A stretch of 64,000 nt of DNA from a virus (lineage: Duplodnaviria; Caudoviricetes), in IMG/VR virus record IMGVR_UViG_2773857716_000001, positions 1-64,000 of that record; one strand, 5' to 3'. A model generated the notes under the pieces. That model worked only from the letters and a program-made list of their open reading frames with translations. It had not been told where the DNA came from and searched no databases. The translations under genes and the position numbers were made by a program. Of this stretch, positions 34,672 through 44,230 are shown one piece after another. Numbering within the stretch: the stretch's first letter is position 1; every line of letters begins with the position of its first letter.

Positions 34672-36135
34672 TCACGCCGCAGACCGGGACTGGACGGTCA
34701 GCAGTCCGCCCTGCTGGCCGCCGGAGGGGCAGCCGAACGGGGAGCAGCCCTGCACCTCGTCCTCCTCTTCCTCCAGCTCCAGCTCCCCTTCGAAGGCCAG
34801 GTCGAGGAGGTCGCCCTGTTCGAACTCTCGGCGCTGTATGCGGTCGATGGGGGCCTGGTCCAGCGGCAGAGCCGAGATGTGTAGGAAGCGTTCGCCGTCC
34901 AGGCCTGGGCCGGTACGGAAGCGGTGGTCGAAGTCGACGGCGCGCTGCCACTCGGCGGGATTGGTGTCCCGCATGCGGCGCCAGGAGGCGTTGGAGCGGT
35001 ACGGGCAGAAGTAGCAAGCGGACTTCGGGGTGGAGGCCCAGCCGCGGGAGGCGAGGTATGCCCGGCACTGGGTGCGGGTCATGTTCAGTTCCAGCAGCGG
35101 GTGCCGGCTACGGCTGTAGCGGGAGTCCTTGATGTCGGAGGCTCGGTCGATTTCGTCGGTGGAGAACCCGACCCACTGCTCGACCCACTTTCCGGCCGGG
35201 GGCTGGCCGATGCGGCTGAGGCTTCCCAAGCCGCCGCAGACCGAGCACTCGCCGGTCTCGTCCTCACCGCGCTTGGCGCGCCAGGGAGCGACGCGCTGCC
35301 CGGCGCCGTCGCACTTGTTGCAGGGGCGCTCGGCGCCGGCCTTGGCGCCGAGGAGGAGGCGGACCTGCTCCATGATTCCGCGGATCTTGTATTTCTGGGT
35401 GCAGAAGCGTCGGATCATGCCCAGGTCGCGTTCCTGGACCATCTGCCAGGCCACCGGGATCCGTCCGCTGGAGTTGCAGCTCGCGCACGGGGCCGGCATC
35501 ACGTCGAGTCCCAGTCGCTTCATAGCTCGGGCCACGGTAGCTTCCGGGACCGGCGCATAGCCATCCTCCGGACCCATCGTGGGGTTCTCGGCGGCGGCCT
35601 GCTCCAACTCGGCCAGCGTCACCCGGCCGTTCTCGCGACGCCTGGCAGCCATAGGAAGCTCATCGAAGAGCCCCCTCCATGCCTTCTGGTCGGCCAGGAC
35701 CCGGAAGCGAGCCCACCCGCAGCCTTCGCCGGCGCCGTCCAAGCCGTCATCGGATGTCGTGGTCTGGCCGCACAGCTTCCACGCGGCGACCCGCTTGACC
35801 GTGCGCCACTTCGAAGCGGTGAATGCCGGGATGGACGACATCTTGTTCGGGTCGAACAAGTCGTTGTCGAGGTTGCCGTACTGGACGCGGATGATGGGGA
35901 TGCCGGCCGGGCGGGCAATCTCCCGCTCCAGGCGGTCGAGGTGGTCGTACACCTCCTGCGGCTCTGCGCCGGTGTCAGCGAAGATCGCGTAGTCCAGCTT
36001 GGGGAGCACGCCCTCTGCGGACAGCATCAGTAGCGTCGTGGACTGCACCCCTGCCCCTAGGGACAGGACCCGCAGTGTTGGGGTGTCGGTGACGTCGCCC
36101 TCAATGACTCGCTTGGCGACGGTGGAGATGGTCAT
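34672..36135 (-). CDS. Phage PAPS-reductase-like (PP-loop adenine nucleotide alpha-hydrolase) protein with Cys-rich insertions; alternative start at 36270
   Basis: LSLGAGVQST, IFADTGAE, RFCTQKYKI, VGFSTDE, HPLLE, KSACYFCPY. Confidence 0.78.
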   Translation of the reverse strand: MTISTVAKRVIEGDVTDTPTLRVLSLGAGVQSTTLLMLSAEGVLPKLDYAIFADTGAEPQEVYDHLDRLEREIARPAGIPIIRVQYGNLDNDLFDPNKMSSIPAFTASKWRTVKRVAAWKLCGQTTTSDDGLDGAGEGCGWARFRVLADQKAWRGLFDELPMAARRRENGRVTLAELEQAAAENPTMGPEDGYAPVPEATVARAMKRLGLDVMPAPCASCNSSGRIPVAWQMVQERDLGMIRRFCTQKYKIRGIMEQVRLLLGAKAGAERPCNKCDGAGQRVAPWRAKRGEDETGECSVCGGLGSLSRIGQPPAGKWVEQWVGFSTDEIDRASDIKDSRYSRSRHPLLELNMTRTQCRAYLASRGWASTPKSACYFCPYRSNASWRRMRDTNPAEWQRAVDFDHRFRTGPGLDGERFLHISALPLDQAPIDRIQRREFEQGDLLDLAFEGELELEEEEDEVQGCSPFGCPSGGQQGGLLTVQSRSAA

Positions 36136-36269
36136 GCGGAGGTCCTTTCCGTGAGCAGGGTCTGTGGGCCGCGTGGGTGGCGCGGCAACGGGTGAGGCCG
36201 GGAGGGCCGGAGCGACGACCGCTTCGGCCGGCACTTCCCGCCCCTCCACATCCAGCTGCGCACCTGTCA

Positions 36270-37895
36270 TCAGGCGGCGACCGCCAACTTCGCGGCGCCG
36301 CCCTGCTCCTCGTAACGAGACAGTTCCTCGCCGCTGATGGCCTCGACCAGCGCGCACAGCAGCACCTCGGCGGCGTTCGGCGTGACGGCGTTCCCGTACT
36401 GGCGCACCCGCTCCCGCTTCGAGCCGAGGACCGTGTAGTCGTCAGCAAAGGACATCGCGCGGCCGATCTCGTGCGGCTCAAGCATGCGGAACCGCACATC
36501 TTCGATGGCCGGCTGGCCGTTCACCAGGGCGTACCGGTCCCGAGTCGTCAGGGCACCCACAGGGGCGGTGACGGGCCGGGCGGCGCCGTTGCCGTAGTAC
36601 GGGACCAGGAGGTGCTCGGTGATGCTGTCCGGAGTGACCAGGCCGTGATGGTTGCCAGAGGCGCACACGGTGGCGAGGGCCTCGGAGACGGAGCGGGCGA
36701 CTGATCCGCCGCCGCGCAACTCTGCGACGAACGGCAACCAGGCCAATCCCGTTTCGTTGCGGGTGGTCTGCGCTCGCAAAGGCAGGGCCGCCGAGGTCGC
36801 AGACTTCCCGTCTCGTCCTTCGACGGGCACCATCAGCGGCGGCACCGCGAGCGCGTCGTTCTCGCGGGTGGTGCGGGTCGGCATGGGATCCAGCACGCTT
36901 GACGCGTCGTTGCGCCATGTCCCGCCCGCGGGAACCATCATCGGCACCGGGGTGGCGAACCGCTCCAGTCCGGCCTTGATCCGGGCGAGGGTCTTGTCCG
37001 CCAGGGGCCGGGCCCGGTCGCCGATGCGCTGGCCGGGGATCGACCAGTCGATCGCAGCCAGCGCGGGCAGCGCATCCGGCTCCACCACGCTGTTGCGGCA
37101 CGTGGTGTGAGGGCAGCGGTAGACGTACTGCTGGCGGTAACGACCCATGTCGACGCCAGGGCGCTTCCACGACTGCACGGCCCGCACCCACTCGTCGCAC
37201 GTCTCGCACCAGGCCCGCGGCCGCAGCCACTTGTCCCAGTCAGGCGTGCGGCCCAGCGACTCGTGCCAGTAGCCGACGTACAGCCGGTCACGGGACTGCG
37301 GGGCCCGGTGAACGGTGCGGGGGTCGGCGTGCATGCTGTTCAGGGCGATGATGTGGGTGCGGTAGCCCATCTTGTGGATCTCGCCGATCCACCGGTCCCA
37401 CTGGTCCCACGACCGCACGTCCACGACGTTCTCGACGATGCCGGCCTTGACCAGGCCGCCGCGTTCTATGACACCCCGCAGGTACAGCGGCACCTCCTCC
37501 ATCAGCGCCCGGGACTCTTCCTCCAGCGTCGGGCCGCCCTCGTCGTCGGCCTCGAACTTGCTCTGCTCGATCGCGGCGTACAGGTCGAGGAGATCGCCCT
37601 GCATCGCGTTGACGAAGTCCCGCTTCTTGCCCTTGGCCACGCTCCAGTTGGTGCACTCCGGAGACGCCCAGAAGATGTCGGTGACCGGCCACGCCCACAC
37701 CGGCGCCTTGCGGATGTCGCCGCGGTAGTGGTCGGCGTCCGGGAAGTTCGCGGCGTGCGACTCGATCGCCCGCTCCCAGTGGTTCGCCGCTCGGGCCACC
37801 CTCAGGCCAGGCACGGCGTGCGCGCCCTGGGAGGAGCCGCCGGCCCCGCAGAACCAGTCCATGACGGTCAAAGCGTCGTTGTCGTTGCGGTACAT
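36270..37895 (-). CDS. DNA (cytosine-5) methyltransferase
   Basis: Motif I FCGAGG, IV SPEC, VI ENV, VIII QSRDR, X QYGNAV. Confidence 0.92.
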   Translation of the reverse strand: MYRNDNDALTVMDWFCGAGGSSQGAHAVPGLRVARAANHWERAIESHAANFPDADHYRGDIRKAPVWAWPVTDIFWASPECTNWSVAKGKKRDFVNAMQGDLLDLYAAIEQSKFEADDEGGPTLEEESRALMEEVPLYLRGVIERGGLVKAGIVENVVDVRSWDQWDRWIGEIHKMGYRTHIIALNSMHADPRTVHRAPQSRDRLYVGYWHESLGRTPDWDKWLRPRAWCETCDEWVRAVQSWKRPGVDMGRYRQQYVYRCPHTTCRNSVVEPDALPALAAIDWSIPGQRIGDRARPLADKTLARIKAGLERFATPVPMMVPAGGTWRNDASSVLDPMPTRTTRENDALAVPPLMVPVEGRDGKSATSAALPLRAQTTRNETGLAWLPFVAELRGGGSVARSVSEALATVCASGNHHGLVTPDSITEHLLVPYYGNGAARPVTAPVGALTTRDRYALVNGQPAIEDVRFRMLEPHEIGRAMSFADDYTVLGSKRERVRQYGNAVTPNAAEVLLCALVEAISGEELSRYEEQGGAAKLAVAA

Positions 37896-38791
37896 CAGGC
37901 GGCGTTCCTTTCGCGGTTGGCGGCAGTCGCGCGGGCGATGAGCGCGTCAAGGAAGTGCTCGAACGGCATCGGCTTCCGCTCCGGCGCCAGCCCCGGGACC
38001 TCCATGCCGAGGACACCCTTCTGCCGGGCGCCCTCCTTGATCTGCGTGAGGACGTCGGGGCGTTGCCAGTTCTCCTTGGCCTGCTCGTAGAACTTGGCGA
38101 GGATCGCGCCGGCCACCGGATCCGGCGACTCGCTGGCTGGCGGCGCCTGCTCGGCACCGCGACCTTCGGCAGGGACGGACGCGTCCTGAGTTGCGTCCGG
38201 CTCCGGCTCGGGCTGGACGGGCGGATCGACCGGCTCGGGCTGCGGTTCCGTGTCCTTCTGCCATTCGTTCGGCGGGTGCGGTGCCGAGAAGTGCACCACC
38301 GCGTCCGACTTCCCGCCGTTGTACAGGCCCAGGCCGAACTGGTCGCCGAGGTTGACCGCGCACCGCTTGAGGGCCTGGGACAGGGCCGTCTTCATCGCCA
38401 TGTCGTGGGCGTCGCCCAGCTTCGGCTGGTTGATGGCGTCGCCGGCCGCGCCGTCTTCGAAGTGGGTGATCTCGCGGCCATCGGCGGCGTACACAGTGAG
38501 GCGGACCTGGGCGCGGTAGACGACGGTCCAGCGGCCCGGCTTGATCTCCTGCTGGGACACCAGGTCCAGGGAAAGCGTCTCGATGGAGAAGCCGCCGAAG
38601 CCGAAGATGCGGATCAGGTGACGGCGGACGTCCCAGGCTTCGACGTAGGACTGTCCTTGCGTATGGCAGACGCGGTTGCCGGCGATGCCCTTGTGCAGCA
38701 TGCGGAGCTGGACGGGGGTGAAGCGGGGGGCCTGGTTTTGGGTGTGCTGGGTGGGGCCCTCCGCGGTTGCGGGGGCCTGCGTGTTCGCCAT
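37895..38791 (-). CDS. Rad52/Rad22-family (Sak-like) single-strand annealing protein
   Basis: SYVEAWDVRRHLIRIFGFGG...HDMAMKTALSQALKRCAVNLGDQFGLGLY. Confidence 0.88.
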   Translation of the reverse strand: MANTQAPATAEGPTQHTQNQAPRFTPVQLRMLHKGIAGNRVCHTQGQSYVEAWDVRRHLIRIFGFGGFSIETLSLDLVSQQEIKPGRWTVVYRAQVRLTVYAADGREITHFEDGAAGDAINQPKLGDAHDMAMKTALSQALKRCAVNLGDQFGLGLYNGGKSDAVVHFSAPHPPNEWQKDTEPQPEPVDPPVQPEPEPDATQDASVPAEGRGAEQAPPASESPDPVAGAILAKFYEQAKENWQRPDVLTQIKEGARQKGVLGMEVPGLAPERKPMPFEHFLDALIARATAANRERNAA

Positions 38792-38871
38792 GTGAGGTTC
38801 TCCAGGTATCAGGTTGTGAAGTGCGGGGCGCGTCTGGTGTCGGCGTCCAGGCCGCGCCCCGCAGGGAGCGG

Positions 38872-39717
38872 CTAGCTGCTCGGCGAGTCCTTACCGCGCT
38901 TGGAGCTGAGCCGGTTCAGCAGGCGAGTCACCGTCACGTAATGGACGCCGAACTCCTGGGACAGCGCCCACGGGACGATCGCCTGCGGGTCCGCGTCATA
39001 GCGGCGGACGATCTCCGCCTCATCCACCGGCGACAGACCCTGGCGCGGCTCAACGAGGAGTTCCACGGCGCCCTGGTTGAGACCGAACCGCTCGGTGATC
39101 TCCTCCACCGACGCGCCGGCCTCGTGCGCCTTGTACACCTCGGCCGGGTCGACGTCCCCGAACATCGGGTACTGCTGCTGGAGGAAGAGCCGCACCACCA
39201 TGGCGGCGCCGCGGGGCTTCCATCCGAGCTCGCGAACGAAGTCCGGGTTCTTGATGAGGTTGGTGGCCTCGTCCTTGAGGCGCTTGTCGACGGTGAGGCT
39301 GAGGGTGCGTTCGTCGCCGGCGGAGGTGACTCGGGCTGCCGCCCTGGCGTAGGGGCCGGGGCGGAACTTGCCGTGGATGAACTCGTACAGGCCCTGGTCG
39401 CCGAGGGCGCTGACGTTGTCGCCAGCCTCTTCGGCTGCCTTGCGGACGTGGTCGCGTTCGACCTCCGGCATGTAGACGTTCATGGGGGTGGGGACGCGTT
39501 CGGCGTAGAGGCGCTTGATGAACGCTGCGCCGCTGGGGGTGAGGAGGCCGTCGACGGTGTCGGCGTATTCGGGTTCTCCTGCCGCGCGGAGGGCGTCTGC
39601 GGCGGCTTGAATATTGGCTTTGGTGCGTTGGTCGTTGCGGTGCAGTGGCACAGGGCGTGGTCCTCTCGGTGGCGCGGTCCGGCCGGTGCGGCCGGGCGGG
39701 CGCTTGTCTCGTGCCAC
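38872..39717 (-). CDS. Multi-domain DNA-binding regulator (two RHH-like plus two HTH motifs); candidate repressor
   Basis: PMNVYMPEVERDHVRKAA...VSALG and TLSLTVDKRLKDEA (RHH-like); GASVEEITERFGL and WALSQEFGVHYVTVTRLL (HTH); AGGAGG RBS. Confidence 0.7.
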   Translation of the reverse strand: MARDKRPPGRTGRTAPPRGPRPVPLHRNDQRTKANIQAAADALRAAGEPEYADTVDGLLTPSGAAFIKRLYAERVPTPMNVYMPEVERDHVRKAAEEAGDNVSALGDQGLYEFIHGKFRPGPYARAAARVTSAGDERTLSLTVDKRLKDEATNLIKNPDFVRELGWKPRGAAMVVRLFLQQQYPMFGDVDPAEVYKAHEAGASVEEITERFGLNQGAVELLVEPRQGLSPVDEAEIVRRYDADPQAIVPWALSQEFGVHYVTVTRLLNRLSSKRGKDSPSS

Positions 39718-39783
39718 CAGTTTCCTCCTTCTACCTTGGGTTGGGCTAACAGGTTGGTGCGGTGTTCTGGAACCACAGTACAC

Positions 39784-39810
39784 GAACCTGTTTGCTTAAC
39801 ACCAGGTTCA
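39784..39810. promoter_or_regulatory. Inverted GAACCTG operator pair in a divergent promoter region
   Basis: GAACCTG-N12-CAGGTTC; the same core sits in the 43-bp promoter modules. Confidence 0.5.
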
Positions 39811-39848
39811 ATGTAGTGTGGGGTTACGTCCTACCGAGGAGCGCCCCA

Positions 39849-40133
39849 ATGCGACACACCCGCCGCGCCATCCGAGCCGCACACGCCACAGGCCACGCCC
39901 TCCTGGCAGCCGCCTGCGGACTCGTTGGCCTCCTCCGCTACGCCGCCGACACCGGCCGCACCGTCCGCATCGCCTACGTCAAGGAAGACGGCACCGCGTC
40001 GATCCGGGACATCCGCCCCGAGCAGGTCCGACGCAGCAAGGCCGGCTACCTGTACGTCCGCGCCCACGACTTCCTCCGCGACGCGGCCCGCTCCTTCCGC
40101 CTCGACCGCATCACCGCCCTGGAGACCGCCTGA
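39849..40133 (+). CDS. Stand-alone WYL-domain protein
   Basis: VRIAYVKEDG...RDIRP...YLYVRAHDFLRDAARSFRLDRI. Confidence 0.88.
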   Translation: MRHTRRAIRAAHATGHALLAAACGLVGLLRYAADTGRTVRIAYVKEDGTASIRDIRPEQVRRSKAGYLYVRAHDFLRDAARSFRLDRITALETA

Positions 40134-40194
40134 CAGGCAACACCCGCCCCGAACCGCGACACCATCAAAGAACAGCCCCCAAAGGAGAATCCGC

Positions 40195-40635
40195 ATGGCC
40201 ACAACCTCCCAGCCCAAGACCCTGGACCTACTCCGCATTGCCACGAGCCTGGTTACCGAGAACATTCGGCACGGCTCCCCGTCGATGTTGATGCGCCGCA
40301 TCAACCAGGACCACGGCATCAGCATCGGCTTCGAAACCGCCCGAGCTCTGCTGATCGACCTGTACGCAGCAGGAATCGTCGCCGCCGTGGATCGAAAGAC
40401 CCACGCCTACCCGGTGTTGCTGGAGCGTCAGGCCGCCCTGACTGCCCTGGAGAGCTACGTCGGCAGCGGAACCACGGACCGGCAGACGCTGTATGAGTGC
40501 CCCCAGTGCTCCCGCGTCGCCGCGTGGACCGACGGTCGCAAGGTCTCCGCTGGCGACGAGGTCGACGAGTTCTGGTGCCAGACGTGCGGGGCGGAGGTGC
40601 CGCTGAGCGGCTGCACCATCGTTTCCACTGCCTGA
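40195..40635 (+). CDS. FtsK-gamma-like winged helix plus zinc ribbon
   Basis: GSPSMLMRRI...IGFETARALLIDLYAAGIV resembles FtsK gamma; CPQC...CQTC. Confidence 0.65.
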   Translation: MATTSQPKTLDLLRIATSLVTENIRHGSPSMLMRRINQDHGISIGFETARALLIDLYAAGIVAAVDRKTHAYPVLLERQAALTALESYVGSGTTDRQTLYECPQCSRVAAWTDGRKVSAGDEVDEFWCQTCGAEVPLSGCTIVSTA

Positions 40636-40747
40636 CCCCAGGAACGACGAAGGCCACCGCCCCGAACCGGGTGGTGGCCTGAACACGCGCCGCGTACAAC
40701 GCGGACAGTGTACCCGCGGACCTCACCACCCCACAAGGAGAAGGCAC

Positions 40748-41080
40748 ATGACCGCACACCCCACCGCTGGATCGAGGGTCCGCATCGTCATCGAGGACAC
40801 CATCGAGTCCTTCGACTCCGGCACCCTCCGCACCACCGGAGGTGTCTACATCGAATCCCTCGGCGAGCCGGGAGCCCTCACCCTCCAGGTCCTGGAGCCC
40901 GGCTGGCAGCTCGGCGACATCGTTCACGACGGCCGCGACCAGCTCGTCCGCATCAACAAGGGCGACGGCGTCCACGTCTGGCAGCGGCCCAACGGCTACG
41001 TCACCTACGACGACGAGACCAACCTCGCCAGCCTCCGAGTCATTCGTACCGCCTCCACCCGAGTCGGCAAGGAGAACTGA
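40748..41080 (+). CDS. Hypothetical protein
   Basis: AAGGAG RBS; GC3 bias. Confidence 0.7.
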   Translation: MTAHPTAGSRVRIVIEDTIESFDSGTLRTTGGVYIESLGEPGALTLQVLEPGWQLGDIVHDGRDQLVRINKGDGVHVWQRPNGYVTYDDETNLASLRVIRTASTRVGKEN

Positions 41081-41082
41081 CC

Positions 41083-41352
41083 ATGGGCGCCTACGCCACC
41101 GTCTTCGTCCTGAGCATTGTCAGCATCGGCACCGACATCACGCTCTACCTGAAACGGCGCATCAACCTGAAGGGTGCGGCCGCCTGGTTCGCCCTCACCA
41201 TGCTGACGCTCGCCCTCGCCGCCGGATTCGCAGGCTTCACCCGAACCGCGCTTCTGGCCACCATCTCAGCAGTCGGCATGTCCTTCACGTGGTGGGGGCT
41301 CGTCCAACAGAAGGCCCCCCAGACGCGATCGTCGGGGCGGACCGCCCCGTGA
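41083..41352 (+). CDS. Membrane protein (3 TM)
   Basis: Hydrophobic; AGGAG RBS. Confidence 0.65.
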   Translation: MGAYATVFVLSIVSIGTDITLYLKRRINLKGAAAWFALTMLTLALAAGFAGFTRTALLATISAVGMSFTWWGLVQQKAPQTRSSGRTAP

Positions 41353-41552
41353 CGTCCCGCCCGCAGCAACCGTCCCTGCCCATCCCCGAGCAGGGACGCA
41401 GCCGCATCTGGTGCCGCGGCGCAGGCTGCCACCACGAACTCACCGACCCGGAATCCCGCAAGCGCGGATACGGGCCCGTCTGTGACCCCGAGACCCGCAA
41501 CCGCGACCCGCGCACCGAGCACGTCGACCAGGACACCATCCCCGGCACGTGA
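41349..41552 (+). CDS. DUF6011-like zinc-binding protein
   Basis: C....CHHELTDPESRKRGYGPVC. Confidence 0.75.
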   Translation: MTSRPQQPSLPIPEQGRSRIWCRGAGCHHELTDPESRKRGYGPVCDPETRNRDPRTEHVDQDTIPGT

Positions 41553-41562
41553 GGAGCCAACC

Positions 41563-41766
41563 TTGACCAGCCCCGCGTACTACGACCAGGACAAAGACCC
41601 CTTCGGCCCCTTCGAATACGTTGAACCCGGCGACCGGTGCCAGGGTGCAGAAGGGGATTGTGACGGCATCCGAAGTCGATGCACGGGGCGCGCCAGCACC
41701 TGCCGCTGCATGTGCCCGGCGTGCTGCGGCGATACCCCAGACGTGTGGGGCGCCCCGGTCTACTGA
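41563..41766 (+). CDS. Small Cys-rich protein
   Basis: GAGGAG RBS before TTG; 8 Cys in the C-terminal half. Confidence 0.55.
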   Translation: MTSPAYYDQDKDPFGPFEYVEPGDRCQGAEGDCDGIRSRCTGRASTCRCMCPACCGDTPDVWGAPVY

Positions 41767-42764
41767 CGCCCGGCCGCCTGCTCCTGCGCCCACTCCACCC
41801 CGCGGCGCCACTGCTCCACCCTCAGCGGCAAAGGAGACCACGGACCCGGCCCCTTCCACCGCGCCGCCAACACCCCGTTCAGCCGCGCCATGCCCGCACT
41901 GAACCCCATCCGCAGGCCCTGCGCCCTCAACGGCATGCCCGCCTCGTACGTCTGCCCCACACCCCCAACCAGGCGGCCCATCCTCTGCACCGTCACCCAC
42001 AACATGCCGTGATCCGACCCCTCCAGTCCAGCCACCAGCTCGTCACGGAACCGCAGCCACCGCCCCAACGCCGCTACCGTCCCGGGCGACAACACCGCCG
42101 GCTCCGCACGGGCCCGGCCCCAGCCCTGCGGAGTCCACACCCCCTCCACCCACGGATCGCCCTCGTCGAGGTGCACATGCTCCACCCGGCGAGTAGCCAG
42201 GTCACCCGAGCGCATCCGCGAATCCAGCACCAGCCCGGCACACGCCAACGACCGCGCCATCAAGGCGTCCACCGGGGCGTCACCCGACAGCCACACCAGC
42301 CGCTCGTACACCGCCTCCAGCTGCGCAGCCTCCGCCACCGGCGCCAGGTCCAGCCGCTCCCGGTACACCCGCGGCGCCACCACCTGCACCCCGACCTCCT
42401 CGCCGAGGATGACGATGCAGTCCCGCAGCATCGCCCGGGTCGACCACGGCAGCGGCTTTCCCAACAGCTTCGCCTTGTCCGGGTCCCGGAACGCGCCCTC
42501 GCTGGCCAACTCCAAGAACACGTCCACCGACTCCGCGGCCAGCAGCCGCTTCACCGACCGGCCGCAGCCCTCCGGCATCCCCTCATGCCCCACCGCCAAG
42601 CCCAGCTGCCGCACCGTCGCCCGCAACTGCCGCGCCCGCGAAGGGGACACCAGCCGGCCACGCTTCAACGCCGGCCGCGCCTCCCACCGGTCCGGGTCCC
42701 GCGGCGCCACCCGCTCCACCACGCTCTCCAGCCGTCGGATCGCCGGTGGTCCCTGCTCTGCCAC
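41760..42764 (-). CDS. Degenerate tyrosine-recombinase-like protein
   Basis: LVLDSRMRSGDL box-I-like motif and LSPGTVAALGRWL patch; no HxxR or catalytic Tyr visible. Confidence 0.6.
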   Translation of the reverse strand: MAEQGPPAIRRLESVVERVAPRDPDRWEARPALKRGRLVSPSRARQLRATVRQLGLAVGHEGMPEGCGRSVKRLLAAESVDVFLELASEGAFRDPDKAKLLGKPLPWSTRAMLRDCIVILGEEVGVQVVAPRVYRERLDLAPVAEAAQLEAVYERLVWLSGDAPVDALMARSLACAGLVLDSRMRSGDLATRRVEHVHLDEGDPWVEGVWTPQGWGRARAEPAVLSPGTVAALGRWLRFRDELVAGLEGSDHGMLWVTVQRMGRLVGGVGQTYEAGMPLRAQGLRMGFSAGMARLNGVLAARWKGPGPWSPLPLRVEQWRRGVEWAQEQAAGRQ

Positions 42765-42766
42765 GC

Positions 42767-43873
42767 CTACTCCCCTCTCTGCTGCTGCGCCATCACCCGC
42801 GCCACCGCCGCCGGGTCCACCGACGACGGATCAGCACCCAGCGCGGCCGCCACCGCCCGCACCAGGGCAGCATCGACCTCGGGCACAGTCTCCCCTGACA
42901 GGGCCGTTGCCAGGGCCTCAACCGTCGCCCGCCGGCCACGTCCCCGGTCGTAGCGTTTCGTGGTGTTGAGGCTGGCGTGCCCGACCAGGTCAGCGACGTC
43001 CTCGATGTCCTGCCCGGCGTCCCGCAGCAAAGTGACCGCGGTGTGCCGCAGGCCGTGCGGCGTCACCCCCGTATCCAGGCCGGCGGAGGCAAGGAGTGTC
43101 TTGAGGAGGTAGGCGACCTGCTGACGGGTTATGCGGGCGCCCTTGTCGCCGAGGAACAGGGGCCCGCGCCGTTCGCCGCGGTAGTCCTTGAGGGCAGTGT
43201 CTACCTGGTCGGGCAGGTCGATGTTCTGCTTCTTGCCGCCCTTGCGCTTCACCCGGATCGCGGGGCCGTCGTTCTTGCGGACGAGGTCGGTGCAGTCGGC
43301 GGCGCACACCTCGGAAACCCGCAGACCGCAGTGGAGCAGCACGGCGATCAGCGCGTAGGCCCGCAGCCCGGACGCCTCCGCCACGTCGAGGAGCCTGCGG
43401 GCCTCGTCGAGGTTGAGGCTCTGCGTCGCCGACTCGTCATCGACCATGGGCCGTTCGACGTACTGGAAGGGGTTCTCGTCCACCAGGGCGCGGTGCTTGC
43501 GCACGCAGTACGTGTAGAAGGAGGACACCCCCGACATACGGCGGGCGACAGTGGTGGGCGGGAAGCCGTCCTTGATGCCGTACCGGGTGTGGTGCCGGCC
43601 GTGGAGGAGGTGCTCGCGCCACAGGTCGCAGTGGTGCTGCTCAGCCGCGAGAGGGTCGCCGCCGAGGGTGGCGCAGAACGTGAACCACTCGCCGAGGTCG
43701 CGGCGGTAGGCGTCGCGGGTGTTGGTGTTGGCCTTGGACAGGAGGAAGAGATCGCGGAGTTGCTCGTGTGGGAGCGGTGCGCGCTGCTGGACGCCTGTGT
43801 CGGTGGCTACGGCGGGGAGGCGATCGTCGTCCACCAGCTCGGCGTCGACCACCTCCAGATCGGTCCCGGTCAC
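42767..43873 (-). CDS. Tyrosine recombinase (XerC/D-like resolvase/integrase)
   Basis: NTRDAYRRDL, CGLRVSEV, RKGGK, TPHGLRHT, VGHASLNTTKRY: full R-K-H-R-H-Y set. Confidence 0.93.
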   Translation of the reverse strand: MTGTDLEVVDAELVDDDRLPAVATDTGVQQRAPLPHEQLRDLFLLSKANTNTRDAYRRDLGEWFTFCATLGGDPLAAEQHHCDLWREHLLHGRHHTRYGIKDGFPPTTVARRMSGVSSFYTYCVRKHRALVDENPFQYVERPMVDDESATQSLNLDEARRLLDVAEASGLRAYALIAVLLHCGLRVSEVCAADCTDLVRKNDGPAIRVKRKGGKKQNIDLPDQVDTALKDYRGERRGPLFLGDKGARITRQQVAYLLKTLLASAGLDTGVTPHGLRHTAVTLLRDAGQDIEDVADLVGHASLNTTKRYDRGRGRRATVEALATALSGETVPEVDAALVRAVAAALGADPSSVDPAAVARVMAQQQRGE

Positions 43874-43889
43874 GGCTGCATCCGGTTGG

Positions 43890-44219
43890 TCATGCTGCGA
43901 ACTCCTGACGGAAGGAGTGACCGCATGGGCTCATGCTGATGAGCTGCGCAACCCCTGCGGCTTCCCGGATGTGGGTGAAGTCGGCGTCCTCGTAGGCGAG
44001 GATCGACTCCGTCTCGACCGTGGACACTTCGGCGTGACAGTGGGGACAGCGGTAGTCCATGCGCGCAATGACCGGGCCCCGCCGCTCGGCGGCCGCGAAG
44101 GCTGAGCGGAGGTTCTGGCTCATCTGCGACGTCCAGTCGCCGGTTGCGAGCTTGTACGCGGCGATGGGGCCCTCGAACTCTCGGTACCTCGCGTGCAGAG
44201 GAAGCTGTTGAGTGCTCAT
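43890..44219 (-). CDS. Hypothetical zinc-ribbon protein
   Basis: CPHCH...PCGH; upstream of the recombinase in the same direction. Confidence 0.65.
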   Translation of the reverse strand: MSTQQLPLHARYREFEGPIAAYKLATGDWTSQMSQNLRSAFAAAERRGPVIARMDYRCPHCHAEVSTVETESILAYEDADFTHIREAAGVAQLISMSPCGHSFRQEFAA

Positions 44220-44230
44220 GACCTTGACGC

